Origin: Octopus sinensis | Taxonomy: Eukaryota | Length of the DNA stretch: 64,000 nucleotides | Reading direction: 5' to 3' | Assembly (NCBI RefSeq): GCF_006345805.1 | Contig: NC_042999.1 | Coordinates: forward strand, 63,240,001-63,304,000 | Part shown: piece by piece, positions 1 through 11,960 of the stretch | How the letters are laid out: every line of letters begins with the position of its first letter | Position numbering within the stretch: the stretch's first letter is position 1 | Program-made: the position numbers and the translations under genes | Notes under the pieces: generated by a model | Databases searched by the model: none | Told to the model about the DNA's origin: nothing | What the model saw: the letters and a program-made list of their open reading frames with translations, nothing else

Positions 1-319
1 GCCCTGATCAAGCGGATCTACAAGAGCTGACATTCCAACTGAGGCTAACCAGTCTGTTATGTATCATTCTATTTATTTATTGGTTTATTTATTTATTTCT
101 GGCATGGACTACACTGAAAAATATATTTTTCATTTTCTAAGATAGTGATCAGGAAAATTTTGGCTGCTATATCTAGCACCTCCAGCAGCTGAACAGAGGT
201 TCCCATTATGGCTAGTTTGAAACTAAATTGTCAGTCCTGAAGTAATCTTGTGACAAAAAATTCTCTGTCCTGACCATCTTGTCTTCTTTGTGTTGTGTAC
301 CACAATCTACATTGCTACA

Positions 320-530
320 CACACACACACACATGACCTCGTGAGTACCACCGGCGATTTTTTCTCTCTGTCTTCCCTTCTCGGGATCTTTCCTTCTCCT
401 ATGTTTCCGACGAAGAGCTCCGCTTGAAACGTTAAACCCTCCTTCTTCCCTTCTTTCCTGAGCGTCCAATAATACTTTATTTGTTCCACGTCCTTACGTT
501 GTTGTGTTTTTTTTGTTTTCTTGTTTGGAT

Positions 531-534
<4 letters not shown>
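320..534 (+). mobile_element. Penelope-like/retrozyme-like short element abutting (TA)n, with hammerhead-like motif
   Basis: CpG-retaining ~210 bp segment between (CA)n and (TA)n; contains gttt-CCGACGA-a-gagc-tcc-gctt-GAAA-cgtt-aaac at 403-437. Confidence 0.45.
403..437 (+). ncRNA. Minimal type I hammerhead-like motif, variant core CCGACGA
   Basis: Stem I gttt/aaac, core CCGACGA (U4C), stem II gagc/gctt, GAAA, palindromic ACGU and H17=U. Confidence 0.5.
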
Positions 535-760
<226 letters not shown>

Positions 761-913
761 CAGGGGGTGCAAAAGTAAGTATACAGTATGTATCACATCA
801 ATGCTATAATACTTAAATTAAAATTATAAGCACATTAAATTAGTTAGCCTCATTTTTGATATTTTCAGTGTCATTAATCATAATAATAGATTTATCATAA
901 CTATGATCATAAC

Positions 914-918
<5 letters not shown>
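761..918 (+). mobile_element. Tc1/mariner-like terminal fragment
   Basis: Starts cagggggtgcaaaagtaagtatacag right after the TA tract, Tc1-type TIR; no partner TIR seen. Confidence 0.4.
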
Positions 919-974
<56 letters not shown>

Positions 975-1879
975 CTTCTTTTTTATTTAAAATTGTAGAG
1001 TGTGATTTGAGTGAGATTAGGCTGCATTTTCTAGACAGTCCAGTGCCTTTGTTGACTCTCAACTGGTTGACTCAAAATTAAACAGAAAACAAGAGAAGTT
1101 GGCTGCTGACCACACAGGAATGTGCCCTACCCCTATTGGGAGTGGGGTGGGGGAATTACAGTATCAGAGCAATTAACAATTAGCATGACTACTAGCATTT
1201 GGTATGCCTAATGGCTAGTGTGGAATGGGAAAGATGTGATAAAAAGAGAATTCTGTAGAGTGTGGGAGAAAGTGAGAGGAGAAGTAGAAGAGAGTAGAAA
1301 GAAAGAGGGGAGAGAGAAAACAGGTGAAGAGAAGAGGGGGTGAGGGAAAAGGTAGATGACAAGAGAATAGAGGGGGGGGGAGAAAGAGAAAGTGAGTACA
1401 GGAGTGAGCAAGTGTGTGTGTGTGTTTGAGTGCCTGTAGACAAATGAGGAATAGACAAGAAGAAAAAGGAAAGATTAATAGAGAAGAAAGAAATAGAGAA
1501 AAATAATGAGTGTCAAACTGATGGGAAGGGAGTCTGATGAAGATACAAAAATAAAGAGAATGAGAGAGAGGGAGAGAGAGAGAATTTGGTGGTGAAGAAA
1601 CTAAATTTATCCATGTTCTGAATACTCAAACAGGTTTCTGTGGAGAATGTCTATTTACACCATACACCCCACCTATACCCACATCACATTGCTTTCCAGT
1701 TTTTCTTGAAAATGATCCATGTATTTCTGTTTAATCCCTATTCATTGGGCTTGCCATAAGGAGAAGCCATGGCACATAACTACTGGTGGTAAAAGAAGGA
1801 ATTCGAAAAATTTCTCCAGAAAACACAAAACAAATTGTGTATGTAAGTGTAGTGTGTATGCACACAGACACACATTCAC

Positions 1880-2510
1880 GTAAAGTTATATTTAACATGT
1901 TCGAGTGAATTTGAATGCGATAAGACCTTTTGCTGCAGAAGTAGTCCCTAGAAAGACAATTCTCCATTGAGACAAGTGAGAAAACACCTTCTTTGTTTTT
2001 CTTTGGCAGGGTTGGTGGATGGAGAGGCTAAGTCACATCATCAGATAGTAGGATGCATGTGTTTCTGTGGTATTCCATTTTGTCAGCTATGAAAATCAAA
2101 TCTGTCACTCACAGCCTGATAACAACAAAATTATTCTTATCAAAACAACATACAAAATGTTTGCTGACATGCATAAAGCACAGTCAAGCTACAATTAAAT
2201 AATGTCACACAAAGCTGCTCCACGTGACATTATTTTTCACATGAAGCAAACTTTACACATATCAGCAAATGTCCATATGCTGTTTTAATACAATATATTT
2301 TACTCTAATCATGTTGTGTCAGATTTGGTTTCCATCGCTGATGAAGCACAACAATGCAGAAATGCTTGCATCCGATGATTCAAAAGCTTTATTTATTCTC
2401 AAATCTATTCTCACACATGTTTAGGAGGAAATATTTCTCCCAGGTTTATATGTGTAGTGAAGGGTCTTATCATAACCAAATGCACTCAGACATGTTAAAT
2501 ACGACTTTAC
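1880..2510. repeat. ~630 bp decayed palindrome (inverted pair of Penelope-like repeats)
   Basis: 1880-1940 is the reverse complement of ~2452-2510 (aaggtcttatc..catgttaaata..acttta); centre aataatgtcac...gtgacattatt near 2216; each arm has a hammerhead-like motif. Confidence 0.75.
2333..2377 (+). ncRNA. Type I hammerhead ribozyme motif (near canonical)
   Basis: CAUCG-CUGAUGA-A-GCA-caacaa-UGC-A-GAAA-UGC-uu-GCA-UC^-CGAUG; three stems and both core boxes present. Confidence 0.65.
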
Positions 2511-2646
2511 ACAAATATATTTTATTCAATGCTGCTTCATGCAAAGTGTTAGCGTTTTTAATGTAGTAAGCATTTAGAAATGAAAGAGAAATAATGATGT
2601 GGTGACGAAAGTTAAATATTAATGATTAATATTATTATAATTATCA

Positions 2647-2860
2647 AGGTAGTGAGCTGGTGGAAATGTTAGCACAATGCGCAAAATGCTTTGTGGTTTT
2701 TATTCATCTTTATATTCGGTGTTCAAATTCCATTAAGATTGACTTTGCCTTTCATTCTTTTGGGGACAATAAAATAAGTACCAGTTGAGCACTGGGGTCA
2801 ATGTAATTGACTAACCCCCTCTCCTAACATTTCAGGCCTTGTCCCTATAGTAGAAAAGAA
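2647..2860 (+). mobile_element. SINE family B (tRNA-derived, Meta-like core), decayed
   Basis: aaggtagtgagctgg..gttcaaattcc..gactttgcctttcat..aaataagtaccagttgagcactggggtc. Confidence 0.8.
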
Positions 2861-3043
2861 TATCATCATAATTAGTAAGTAAGGGAGTCAATTCCAAATA
2901 CACATGCACACACACATCTGTTGTATATTTGTGACTGTGTGCATTTGTGAATAATTCAGTACTGACTGAAATATTGTTGACATCAGAAAGAGAAAGAGAG
3001 AAAGACAGATCGTCAATAACTGATAGGTAGGTAAAACAAAAGG

Positions 3044-3088
<45 letters not shown>

Positions 3089-3329
3089 GGGAATGAGAGA
3101 AAATACAAAGACAGAAAATGATAATAGTGAATTGTAAGTATGAAAGAACAATGAGAGATGAAACAGAATTTTCACACTTCGTTAATCTAGGTTCACATAA
3201 AGGAATTCCTGGACAACAAAGTTTTAATTTGTCATTACTGATATCTGTGTGTTTATGTATATGCACAGATGCATGAATGCCTGTATGTAAGAGGGAAACA
3301 GTGGTGTGGACATACAAATATCAACCGTG

Positions 3330-3360
<31 letters not shown>

Positions 3361-3569
3361 TGTGCAAGTACATGCATGTGGTTGAACTGTTATACTGATA
3401 CAAACAGCACCTTTCATTTTCATTCACACTGGTAAGATCTTTGTTATAAATATCGTCAATATTCCATTATTTATGTATGTGTTTTTAGTATATATATCTT
3501 TGCTCATGCATATATTAGTACAAAGTTAAAATGCTGGAAGCTCTAGCACTAAGAGACACAACACACACA

Positions 3570-4078
3570 GCAGACCCAGAAACACATGGGATGAGATGGT
3601 GAATCATGATCTTCAAACTCAGAGGCAATGGCTAGTAACTGAGATCTTTGGTGATATGTCATGCTTAAGAAGACCCATCGTGCAAATGAAATTATAGTTG
3701 CAGCCGATGCTGGTGTCACATAACTGGCGCCCAAGCTGGTGGCATTTAAAAAGCACTTTTCAAGCGTTAGGCCTCACGGAGGCAATGACAAATAACCGAG
3801 GCCTTTGGCATTATGCCGTACTAGAAAAGAAGACCCATCAAGCCAAGTGAAATTGTAGGCAAGGTAGATACTGGTGGCACACAACTGGCACCCATGCTGC
3901 TGGCACATAAAAGCATCCATTATACTCTCAGGGTGGTTGGCATTAGGAAGGGCATCCAGCCAAAGAAACCATGCTAAATCAGACTGGAGTCTGGTGCAGC
4001 CCCTCAGCTTACCAGCCCTGGTTAAATAGTCTAACCCATGTCAACATGGACAACAGATGTTAAATGATATTGATGATA
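3570..4078 (+). mobile_element. RTE-clade LINE 3' end (family C): ORF C-terminus plus modular 3' UTR
   Basis: Translates RPRNTWDEMVNHDL..., then decayed DR..WR-like modules, ggcattaggaagggcatccagc and a (GAT)n tail. Confidence 0.75.
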
Positions 4079-4464
4079 TACTCTGCCAAAATGATACATT
4101 TGTTCAAAAACTGTTTTCTTATCAGGTTCTTTCATATTACATATGGAATGAAAGAGAATTATCCAGAAACGTTAAAAATTGTTCCTGTTGAAGGCTTGCA
4201 GGTATACTGGATTTGATTACACTTTGAGAAGTGTCTTTATTGTTTGTCCCAATCAGCAGTAATGTTTTTACATAAGGATGTTAGAGGACCCAAATCAGTT
4301 CATCTGATTCAGACAATGAATGGTCATGTTTATGCAACATACAAAAAAAAATGTTTTGGGTAAGGCTTGTTACAAAATGATGGCCAATGAGAAGCAACGA
4401 TGATAGAAGCAGTTGTTGCAATCACCCTTTAAACTGTGAAGCTTCCCTGCAATTTTATTGAAAA

Positions 4465-5111
4465 CTAGCACTATGACCCAGTGTTGCCGGGTCATAGTGC
4501 TAGTGCATGCATATACAGCTGTGTGCTTAATAATAATAATAATAATAATTGTGTACAGTGCTCAGGTGCACTACAACTCATCTAAAGTGTATATATAATC
4601 AGGTGTAGTTTCGGCGGATTTCGGAAAGCATGAGGGCCTTAAAAGATGCAGTGTCATGGCAGTCAACAACTGACGCAGGCAGTTTATTCCATGCTTCAGC
4701 AACTCTGAGCGTGAAAAAATGTTTCCGAAAGTCATGGGAGCTGTATTGTTTTCTGACTTTGTAGGCATGTCCACGTGTGTTAGACACATGGAGATCAAAA
4801 AGGTGTTGCACACATACACGTGAGTACTGTCCAAATATCTGACCAATCACATACAGCTAGCAAGCTTTCAATTGGCGTATCAAGTTTCAGGCATTTTGAT
4901 TGGGTTTTGGATAGAAAATTCACAAAAAAGTCACTTCTTTTGATTTTTTAATGGCTTTGCGGGGTGACAGGGGAAATGTAAAGATGTGCACGACCACCCT
5001 TGGACGGTTTTGAATGACCATAGAAAGTGCAAGCCCTCTAACTGAAAAATTGTAGATTTGTATAAAGGACACACACACACACAGACATTTCGCCATTTAC
5101 ATATATAGAGA
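4465..5111 (-). mobile_element. Non-autonomous Helitron containing a CR1 insertion
   Basis: Minus strand A|TCtctatatat...hairpin...CTAG|T, no TSD; matches the 63499-63818 copy. Confidence 0.85.
4528..4812 (-). mobile_element. CR1-like LINE ORF2 C-terminus and 3' UTR with (ATT)n tail
   Basis: TRGHAYKV...RKHFFTLRVAEAWNKLPASVV...SFK matches the CR1/L2 ORF2 end; (taa)n at 4528-4550. Confidence 0.85.
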
Positions 5112-6519
5112 TATAAGGACAGTCAAGAGTGTGTGATCTGTGAAAAATTTATCTGATGATTATAGATAGAAGACCCAACAAATGATTAATAAGCATCAGG
5201 CAGAGTAACATAATCCTGAGGTTTCATTGATTTCATCTATGACATAATCAACAGTGATCTCAAAACTATGGAGGACAAAGTTTTTTTTTTTTTTTGGTAA
5301 TGAATGTAGATGAACTACATAAATATGGTTTGATTCAGAGCGACCAGTCTTATGGAACCAATTGCCAACTGAAGTTCAATGAGAACTCTGTTATGATCAC
5401 CAATGGCTAATTCTCTTGCTCAATGTATGGCTGACCTAAAATATTTGATAATAATAAATAAAAAAAAGAACCTTCAACATAAATACTGACTATATTTGGA
5501 ATAAAAATGATGAAATAATCTTTCTGATGCATCTGGGAATGAGAAAACTCTTTCTTAAGCTTTACTGCTGGTTTAAGTAAGGAAACATGGAAAAGTGCTA
5601 TGACAAATACAATTGCTGAAAGGCAAAGCAACTCATTGTGTATTGAAACTATCAATGAATGTTAGTATTGATGGTACAGGTGTAACATTGCAACAAAACA
5701 GGAGCTGCAGAAATGCTAAAGCAGCGCTTTGGTAATTTCAGATGAGAGCATTATGGTTCAAAGTTCCTTATGAAACTTAGGGATATCGGCAGAACAAATT
5801 TTCATTTTTGGTGGAGTAACAGTAGTCTTCACATGAGACTTTCAACACTCACAGCCATTCCCAAGGAGACAAGAGCTGATTAAATCAGAAGCTACTTGAA
5901 TTCATCACATTTGTGGAAACGTTACAAAATTTAAATAAGAAACAACCCTGGAGGAGGATTACTTTAACAAGGACTAATGCTTAGCTGATTTTACAAGGGG
6001 ATTTTGTGCCTGATCAATATAGAGACACGTCTCTGACCGACAATAATAATTTGACTTTATCAGTTAATAAACTAAAAAAAAATGTTTTTCTTAACAGCTG
6101 TACTAAAAAGAGCATCAACTGATGAAGCTGTTAAGATGAACAAATTATTCAACAGACATGGCTGTGTGATTATACATGTGCATGCATGTGTGCGTTTGTC
6201 TGTCTGTTCCCCCCACCTCACAGATCATTGTTTGACAACTAGTGTTTGTTTATGTCCCTGTAACTTAGCAGTTCAGCAAATGTATCTTTGTGCATGCATT
6301 TGTCCTTCCACCAACCCACCATCACTTGACAACAAGTGTTGATTTATGTCCTCATAACTTAGTGTTCAGCAAAAAGATCAATACCAAACTTAAAAAAAAA
6401 AAAGTACTAGGGTTAATCTCTTTGACAAAACCCTTCAAGGGAGTGTTCCAGCATGGCCACAGCCTAATGACTGAAACAAAGAATAGTTGACAATAGAATG
6501 GAGATGAATTTTTCTTCAA

Positions 6520-6895
6520 GTCTCTCTTTACTCTTTTACTCTCTCTTTTACTTGTTTCAGTCATTTGACTGTGGCCAAGCTGGAGCACCACCTTTAGTCG
6601 AGCAAATCGCCCCCAGTACTTATTCTAGCGATCTCTTTTGCTGAACTGCTAAGTTACAGGAATGTAAAGACACCAGCATCGGTTGTCAAGCGATGTTGAA
6701 GGGGGGGGGGCAAACACAGACACACAAACATATACACGACGGGCTTCTTTCAGTTTCCATCTACCAAATCCACTCACAAGGCTTTGGTCGGCCCGAGGCT
6801 ATAGAAGACACTGGCCTAAGGTGCCATGTAGTGGGACTAAACCCCGGAATCATGTGGTTGGTAAGCAAGCTACTTACCACACAGCTACTCCTGTG
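6520..6895 (-). mobile_element. SINE family A (tRNA head + CORE-like, octopus OR2-like)
   Basis: Head ..gctgtgtggtaagtagcttgc, ggcacctt.ggc.agtgtcttct core, (gtaaaaga)n tail; an older plus-strand copy lies at ~6155-6490. Confidence 0.85.
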
Positions 6896-8469
6896 CCGAG
6901 AAACTTTCTTTTTTATTTTTTTCCAAACAAGCTGTAAAATACTCCACTGAGTTCCTCAACAGTCTGGAACTAAATAACTCTATAGTATGTTACACCACAG
7001 ACAAACTGATGAAAGAATCAATATTCAATTATTTATCTTACGAAATAGACATTGTACAATGGCACAACACTGGCAAACAACTACCATAACCTCTGACTGA
7101 AGTAACAAAACTGACAGGCTGTGCTGTTGGTGAAAACATTTATCATAAGAATTCCTGTCCTTCCCAGCAACACTCCGTTTACACAGGTATGTATTTGAAC
7201 AACATAAACAAATACAGTGTACCAAATACCATATAATAAATTCTTGATTCATTAAAATTATTTTTGCCTTTAGAGGATGTGTTATAATTATTAAATGGCA
7301 ATTAAAACCAGCTCTACTAGAGAAAGGGAGATAGCCTCAAGACTCGTGAATTCTCAAAAGCTGACATGACATTAACTCTTTTGCATTTAAACCAGCCATA
7401 TCTAGCCCAAATATTTTATCTCTTTTATGTTCAATCTAACCAGAATCTATAGTAGAAGACACTTGCCCAAGGTGCCATGCAGTAGAACTGAACTCAGAAC
7501 CAAGTGGTTGGGAAGCAAGTTTCTTACTACACAGCCTCGCCTGAGCCAAGCTTCTTACAACACAGCCATGCATATGTAGCAGTTTATCAAATATATGTGT
7601 GTATCTACAGGGGTTGGACAAAATAATGGAAACACCTAGCATCATAGTATCATAATTTTGAAATATCTATAAAACCATCGAAAGCTTGTTTATATTTATG
7701 TTTGTTGATTTATTATTAGTCTTGACCACACAGCGATGATCATAGCAAGCAAGCTAAGAATTCTCATTTCATTTCTTCCGACATACATTTGCCGCTAACC
7801 CTTAAATGTTCGAATCTATTCACTAATTCTGCTTGTTCTTAAAATATAACCCTTTAATTTGTTTAACCCCTCGGTACCAAGTTAATTTGTTCGTTACTCT
7901 GTTCATTTCTTCAAACCCCGATTGTTTTAAGTCTACTGTCCCCAATCAAAATCTCGCAGCCCGCCATTCGTTCGCGGTTCGCCCGCCCTCCCACCCCCAC
8001 CACCCATACCGGAGAACACTCTGTTTACACCATCCTCACCGGATATCCCCTATACCACCGCCACCACTACGTGTGTCTGTTCCTCCTACCCCTCCTCCTC
8101 AATATACTTTCTCACTATGTATTTTACCCCTGCCTCTCTCCCCCTGGACAGAAGCAGCTGGCGCTGCAGCTCATCAAACATCCCACTTAACCTGTTATCT
8201 TATGTTCCTCCTGTTTTGAAATGTGTCACTGCCTCAACCGGCTACCTCCTTCCAGCCCCCTCCCCCACTCGTGATATCCTACGTTTTACTTCCTACTTTT
8301 CATTCTGTCTAGAACCTGCCACCAACCCTACCTGTCATCGTTTCTCTTTACCCCAAACCTTCCCCACTGGTGCTCCCCTATATTACATGCACCCCCCCCC
8401 CCACTATCTCTCCCTCTCTCCTCTCTGCCGGAACCCTCCCCCCTGCCGCAATGCAACGAAAAAAGGCAA

Positions 8470-8692
8470 TAACCGATCGTGGCCGATGCCAGACCCCTCT
8501 GGCACCTGTGCAGGTGGCACGTAAAAAGCACCCACTACACTCGCGGAGTGGTTGGCGTTAGGAAGGGCATCCAGCTGTAGAAACACTGCTAGATCAGACT
8601 GGAGCCTGGGGCAGTCCCTGCTCCCCAGACCCCGGTCAAACCGTCCAACCCGTGCTAGCGCGGAAAACGGACGTTAAACGATGATGATGATG
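8470..8692 (+). mobile_element. Family C (RTE 3' end) young copy inside the Tc1
   Basis: ggtggcacgtaaaaagcaccc..ggcgttaggaagggcatccagc..ggacgttaaacgatgatgatg. Confidence 0.85.
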
Positions 8693-8757
8693 TTGCTTAA
8701 TATGTTTTGCTAAAATTGCTGTTTCTTTTCAGATATCATCAGAACAAGGTAATTAAA

Positions 8758-9772
8758 ATGACAGATCTATCAGATTTTCAAAGAGGTCAGATTGTTGATG
8801 CTCGTATGGCAGGTGCTAGCGTAAAGAAAACAGCCGAAATGTTTGGTGTATCAAGAAGTACTGTCTTGAAAGTAATGACAGCCTTTGAGAAAGAACGAAA
8901 AACCTTGTCAAAACAAAACTCCGGAAGAAAACCAAAACTTCCAGATAGGGACCTTTGGACTCTTATGCGAATTGTGAGAAAGGATCACAAAAGAGCTTAA
9001 TGACCACCTCAAGAACCCAGTTTCCACAAAAATGTTCGCCGGGAGCTGCATAAAGCCAGATTTCACAGGAGGGCTGAAATAAGAAAACCATTACTTTCAA
9101 AAACAAACGTTGCAGAGCATTTAGAGTGGAGTAAAAACCTACAGAATTGGTCCCTAAAGCAGTGGAAGAATGTTATTTTTTTGGATGAGTCATCCTTTAC
9201 CTTACTTCTGACCACCGGCCAAGTATACATGTGGAGACAGCCAAAAGAAGCATTTGATCCAGACTGCCTTCTTCCAACTGTTAAACATGGAAGAGAATCT
9301 GTGATGATCTGGTGGAAGGGGGGGGGGTATATCTTGGAAATCTACCAGCCCGATGATTTCCTTTCATGGCAGAATTAATAGTCAGGACTATTTAAGCATT
9401 TTATCTCATCAAATTCATCCTATAGTTGCGGAACTGTTTCCGGAGGGAAATGCAATCTTTCAGGATGATAATGCACCAATTCACACAGCTAAAGTTGTTA
9501 CTGAATGGCACAAGGAACATTCTAGTGATGTTGAACATCTTATCTGACCACCACAGTCTCCAGGTCTCAATATTATTGAACATTTATGGTGCATTTTAGA
9601 AAAACATGTAAGGAGTCGATATCCTCCAGCATCATCGCTACAAAAACTGGAGACAGTTTTAGCTAAAGAATGGACAAAAGTTCCTTTGGTAACAATTCAA
9701 ACTTTGTATGAGTCCATACCTCGTAGAATTCAAGCTGTAATTACTGCCAAAGGCGGTCCTACCCCATATCAA
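8758..9772 (+). pseudogene. Tc1 transposase pseudogene, DD36E spacing
   Basis: MTDLSDFQRGQIV..SGRKPKL..VIFLDESSF..TVKHG..FQDDNAPIH..*PPQSPGLNIIEHLW..KGGPTPY, with frameshifts and stops. Confidence 0.92.
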
Positions 9773-10400
9773 AATAAATTTGTTTGAAATTTTAAGGTGT
9801 TTCCATTATTTTGTCCAACCCATGTACCTGTAAACTAGTGTTTCATTACATCTTATTATGTCCAAAAGGTAACTTGGTTATTCAATAGATACATCAATAA
9901 AATAGCACCAGCTTAAGATTAAGTGCTGGAGCCAATATAATTGATGTAAAGTCATTGAAGGCAGTACCCCATGAAGGCCAATAATCGAAATCAGCAAAAG
10001 AATATAAGTACACATACACATGCATCTTATAACATCCATGTCATGCCCTAGCTACAATACTTTCATATCCTCCCCATTAATCAGTTCAGTCAAAATGAAG
10101 AACTGAGATTGGATGCTCTTCCTTGTATTGGCCCATGCAAGAAATGGTCTGTTTTAACTATACATGGAAATGTCAAATTGTAGGACTAAATTATCAAATG
10201 CATTAATCCAGATATGGCTATGGCTACGTAGCTATGCAGTCTGCTTAGTAATCACTTAGTTCAGGTTTGATCCTGTTGCACAGCACTTGGCTAAATAGAA
10301 ACTGAGCAGAAACCCATGGTGTGTGCATGCATGTGCGTGTGTGTGTGTGTGTGTAGATGTATGGAGGTAGCTTGATTAAATTGGTGTAAATCAATATAAA

Positions 10401-10768
10401 TATGTTGAAGTTGGATGGAGAGAAGGACGAACAACTGGGTACTAGAAAAGCTCAGTTGTGAGATGATGCTTCGGTGAAACATCATGAAACGGAAGCTACG
10501 GTTCTTTGGCCACATCATCATGAAGCAGAAGCTATGGTTCTTTGACCACGTCATGTGCTGGGATGGACTTGAGCGAACGATCATAACTGGCAAGGTGAAC
10601 GGTAGACGTAAAAGAGGCAGACCACCCACTTCTTAGCTGAAAGACATCGCAGCCACAGGATTGTCTTTATAACCAGCTGTCCATGGAGTAGAGGACAGGA
10701 GAAGGTGGCAAGACATCGTGATGACCACAGCATCGCATAGTGCAACACCTGACAAGGATGATGATGAC
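10401..10768 (+). mobile_element. RTE LINE ORF C-terminal fragment
   Basis: SWMERRTNNWVL..KRKLRFFGHI..LERTIITGKVNGRRKRGRP..W/*LKDI..DRRRWQ; internal 33-bp duplication; gatgatgat tail. Confidence 0.85.
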
Positions 10769-11109
10769 GTTGTAGTCGAAGCTGTAAAAAGGAGTTGACT
10801 GTCTAAAGGGTCATAACTGCAGTAAAACTTAAACCATTCAACAAAATAAAGTAAAGGTAGTGCCCCAAGACAACAGCCATCTAATCACTGAAACCTGTAA
10901 AAGAGTATACATTACTATGCTGAATCAGTTGAGATCATGTCTTGAAGAGTGAGTCTTCTAATTCTGCAAATGAACCATGGATTCTAGGTTTAAAAATGTC
11001 TGAAATAACTTTAGAGAATTACCATCCTTGCTAGCAACAGATGGGGAATTATATGATACCTGTGGCTAGAAATTTGTTCCTAGGTGGAATTTATTTTATC
11101 TAGATAGAG

Positions 11110-11372
11110 ATCATCATCATTTAACGTCCGCTTTCCATGCTAGCATGGGTTGGACGATTTGACTGAGGACTGGTGAAACAGATGGCTGTACCAGCCTCCA
11201 ATCTGATGTGGCAGAGTTTCTATAGCTGGATGCCCTTCCTAACGCCAACCACTCTGAGAGTGTAGTGGGTGCTTTTACATGCCACTGGCATGAGGGCCAG
11301 TCTGGCAGTACTGGCAACTGCCATGTTCAAATGGTGTTTGAACAGGAGCCAGTCCAGTGGCACTGGCAATCA
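11110..11372 (-). mobile_element. Family C (RTE 3' end)
   Basis: catcatttaacgtccgctttccatgctagcatggg..ggatgcccttcctaacgccaacc. Confidence 0.85.
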
Positions 11373-11960
11373 AGATAAAAATAGTTCCATACCCCCAGGA
11401 TTTTATTAGTACTTACTTCCTTGATACCAAAAGTGATGAAAGGCAAATGCAACAACGGTGAGATTTGAGCATCACCATATCAAAGTGGTGACCCCACCAT
11501 TTCAGATACTACAGAACATCCAATATTGGTAAAAGAACTGATACAAAAAGAATCCAATGTGGCTGCCTCACTATTGTATGCAACTTATAGAACACACCAA
11601 GGTTGTCTCTGCTTTTCATCCATTATGATAGGCACTAAAATATGTACCAATACAACACTGGAACATAATATTCTTGTTCACCCTCTTTCTCTCTTTCTAA
11701 TTCTCTGATCATCATCATCATCCTCATCTTTCTTTCATTGATACACCAGTTAAATTTTATTTGAAAATGCAAAGTCATTTTTTTAAGTACTTAAAGTGAT
11801 TTGTACTTTAAAAAAATGACCTTGTACTTAAAGTGATTTGTACATAAAATAAAGTTATCTAAGTTTTACACACATTTCATTCATCAACAATAAATTCAAA
11901 TAGCTTTTATTGCTTTTATGTCAAGTTATAAATAAAAACATTTTAATATCAAACTCAATA

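Larger units (their letters stand above)
4090..5990 (+). pseudogene. Fossil Helitron Rep/Pif1-helicase coding region, interrupted at 4465-5111
   Basis: Frameshifted motifs: VRGP(T/K)S..., NGHVYATY, GLLQND.Q*EATMIEA, F.DASG..KT (Walker A relic), CNI, LVISDE, LRDI, FGGVTVVFT*DFQ, TRAD*IRSYLNSSHLWK. Confidence 0.75.
7608..9824 (+). mobile_element. Tc1-family DNA transposon, both ends present, inactive, with ~970 bp insertion
   Basis: 30-bp TIRs caggggttggacaaaataatggaaacacct (29/30 match), TA TSDs at 7606-7607 and 9825-9826. Confidence 0.95.
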
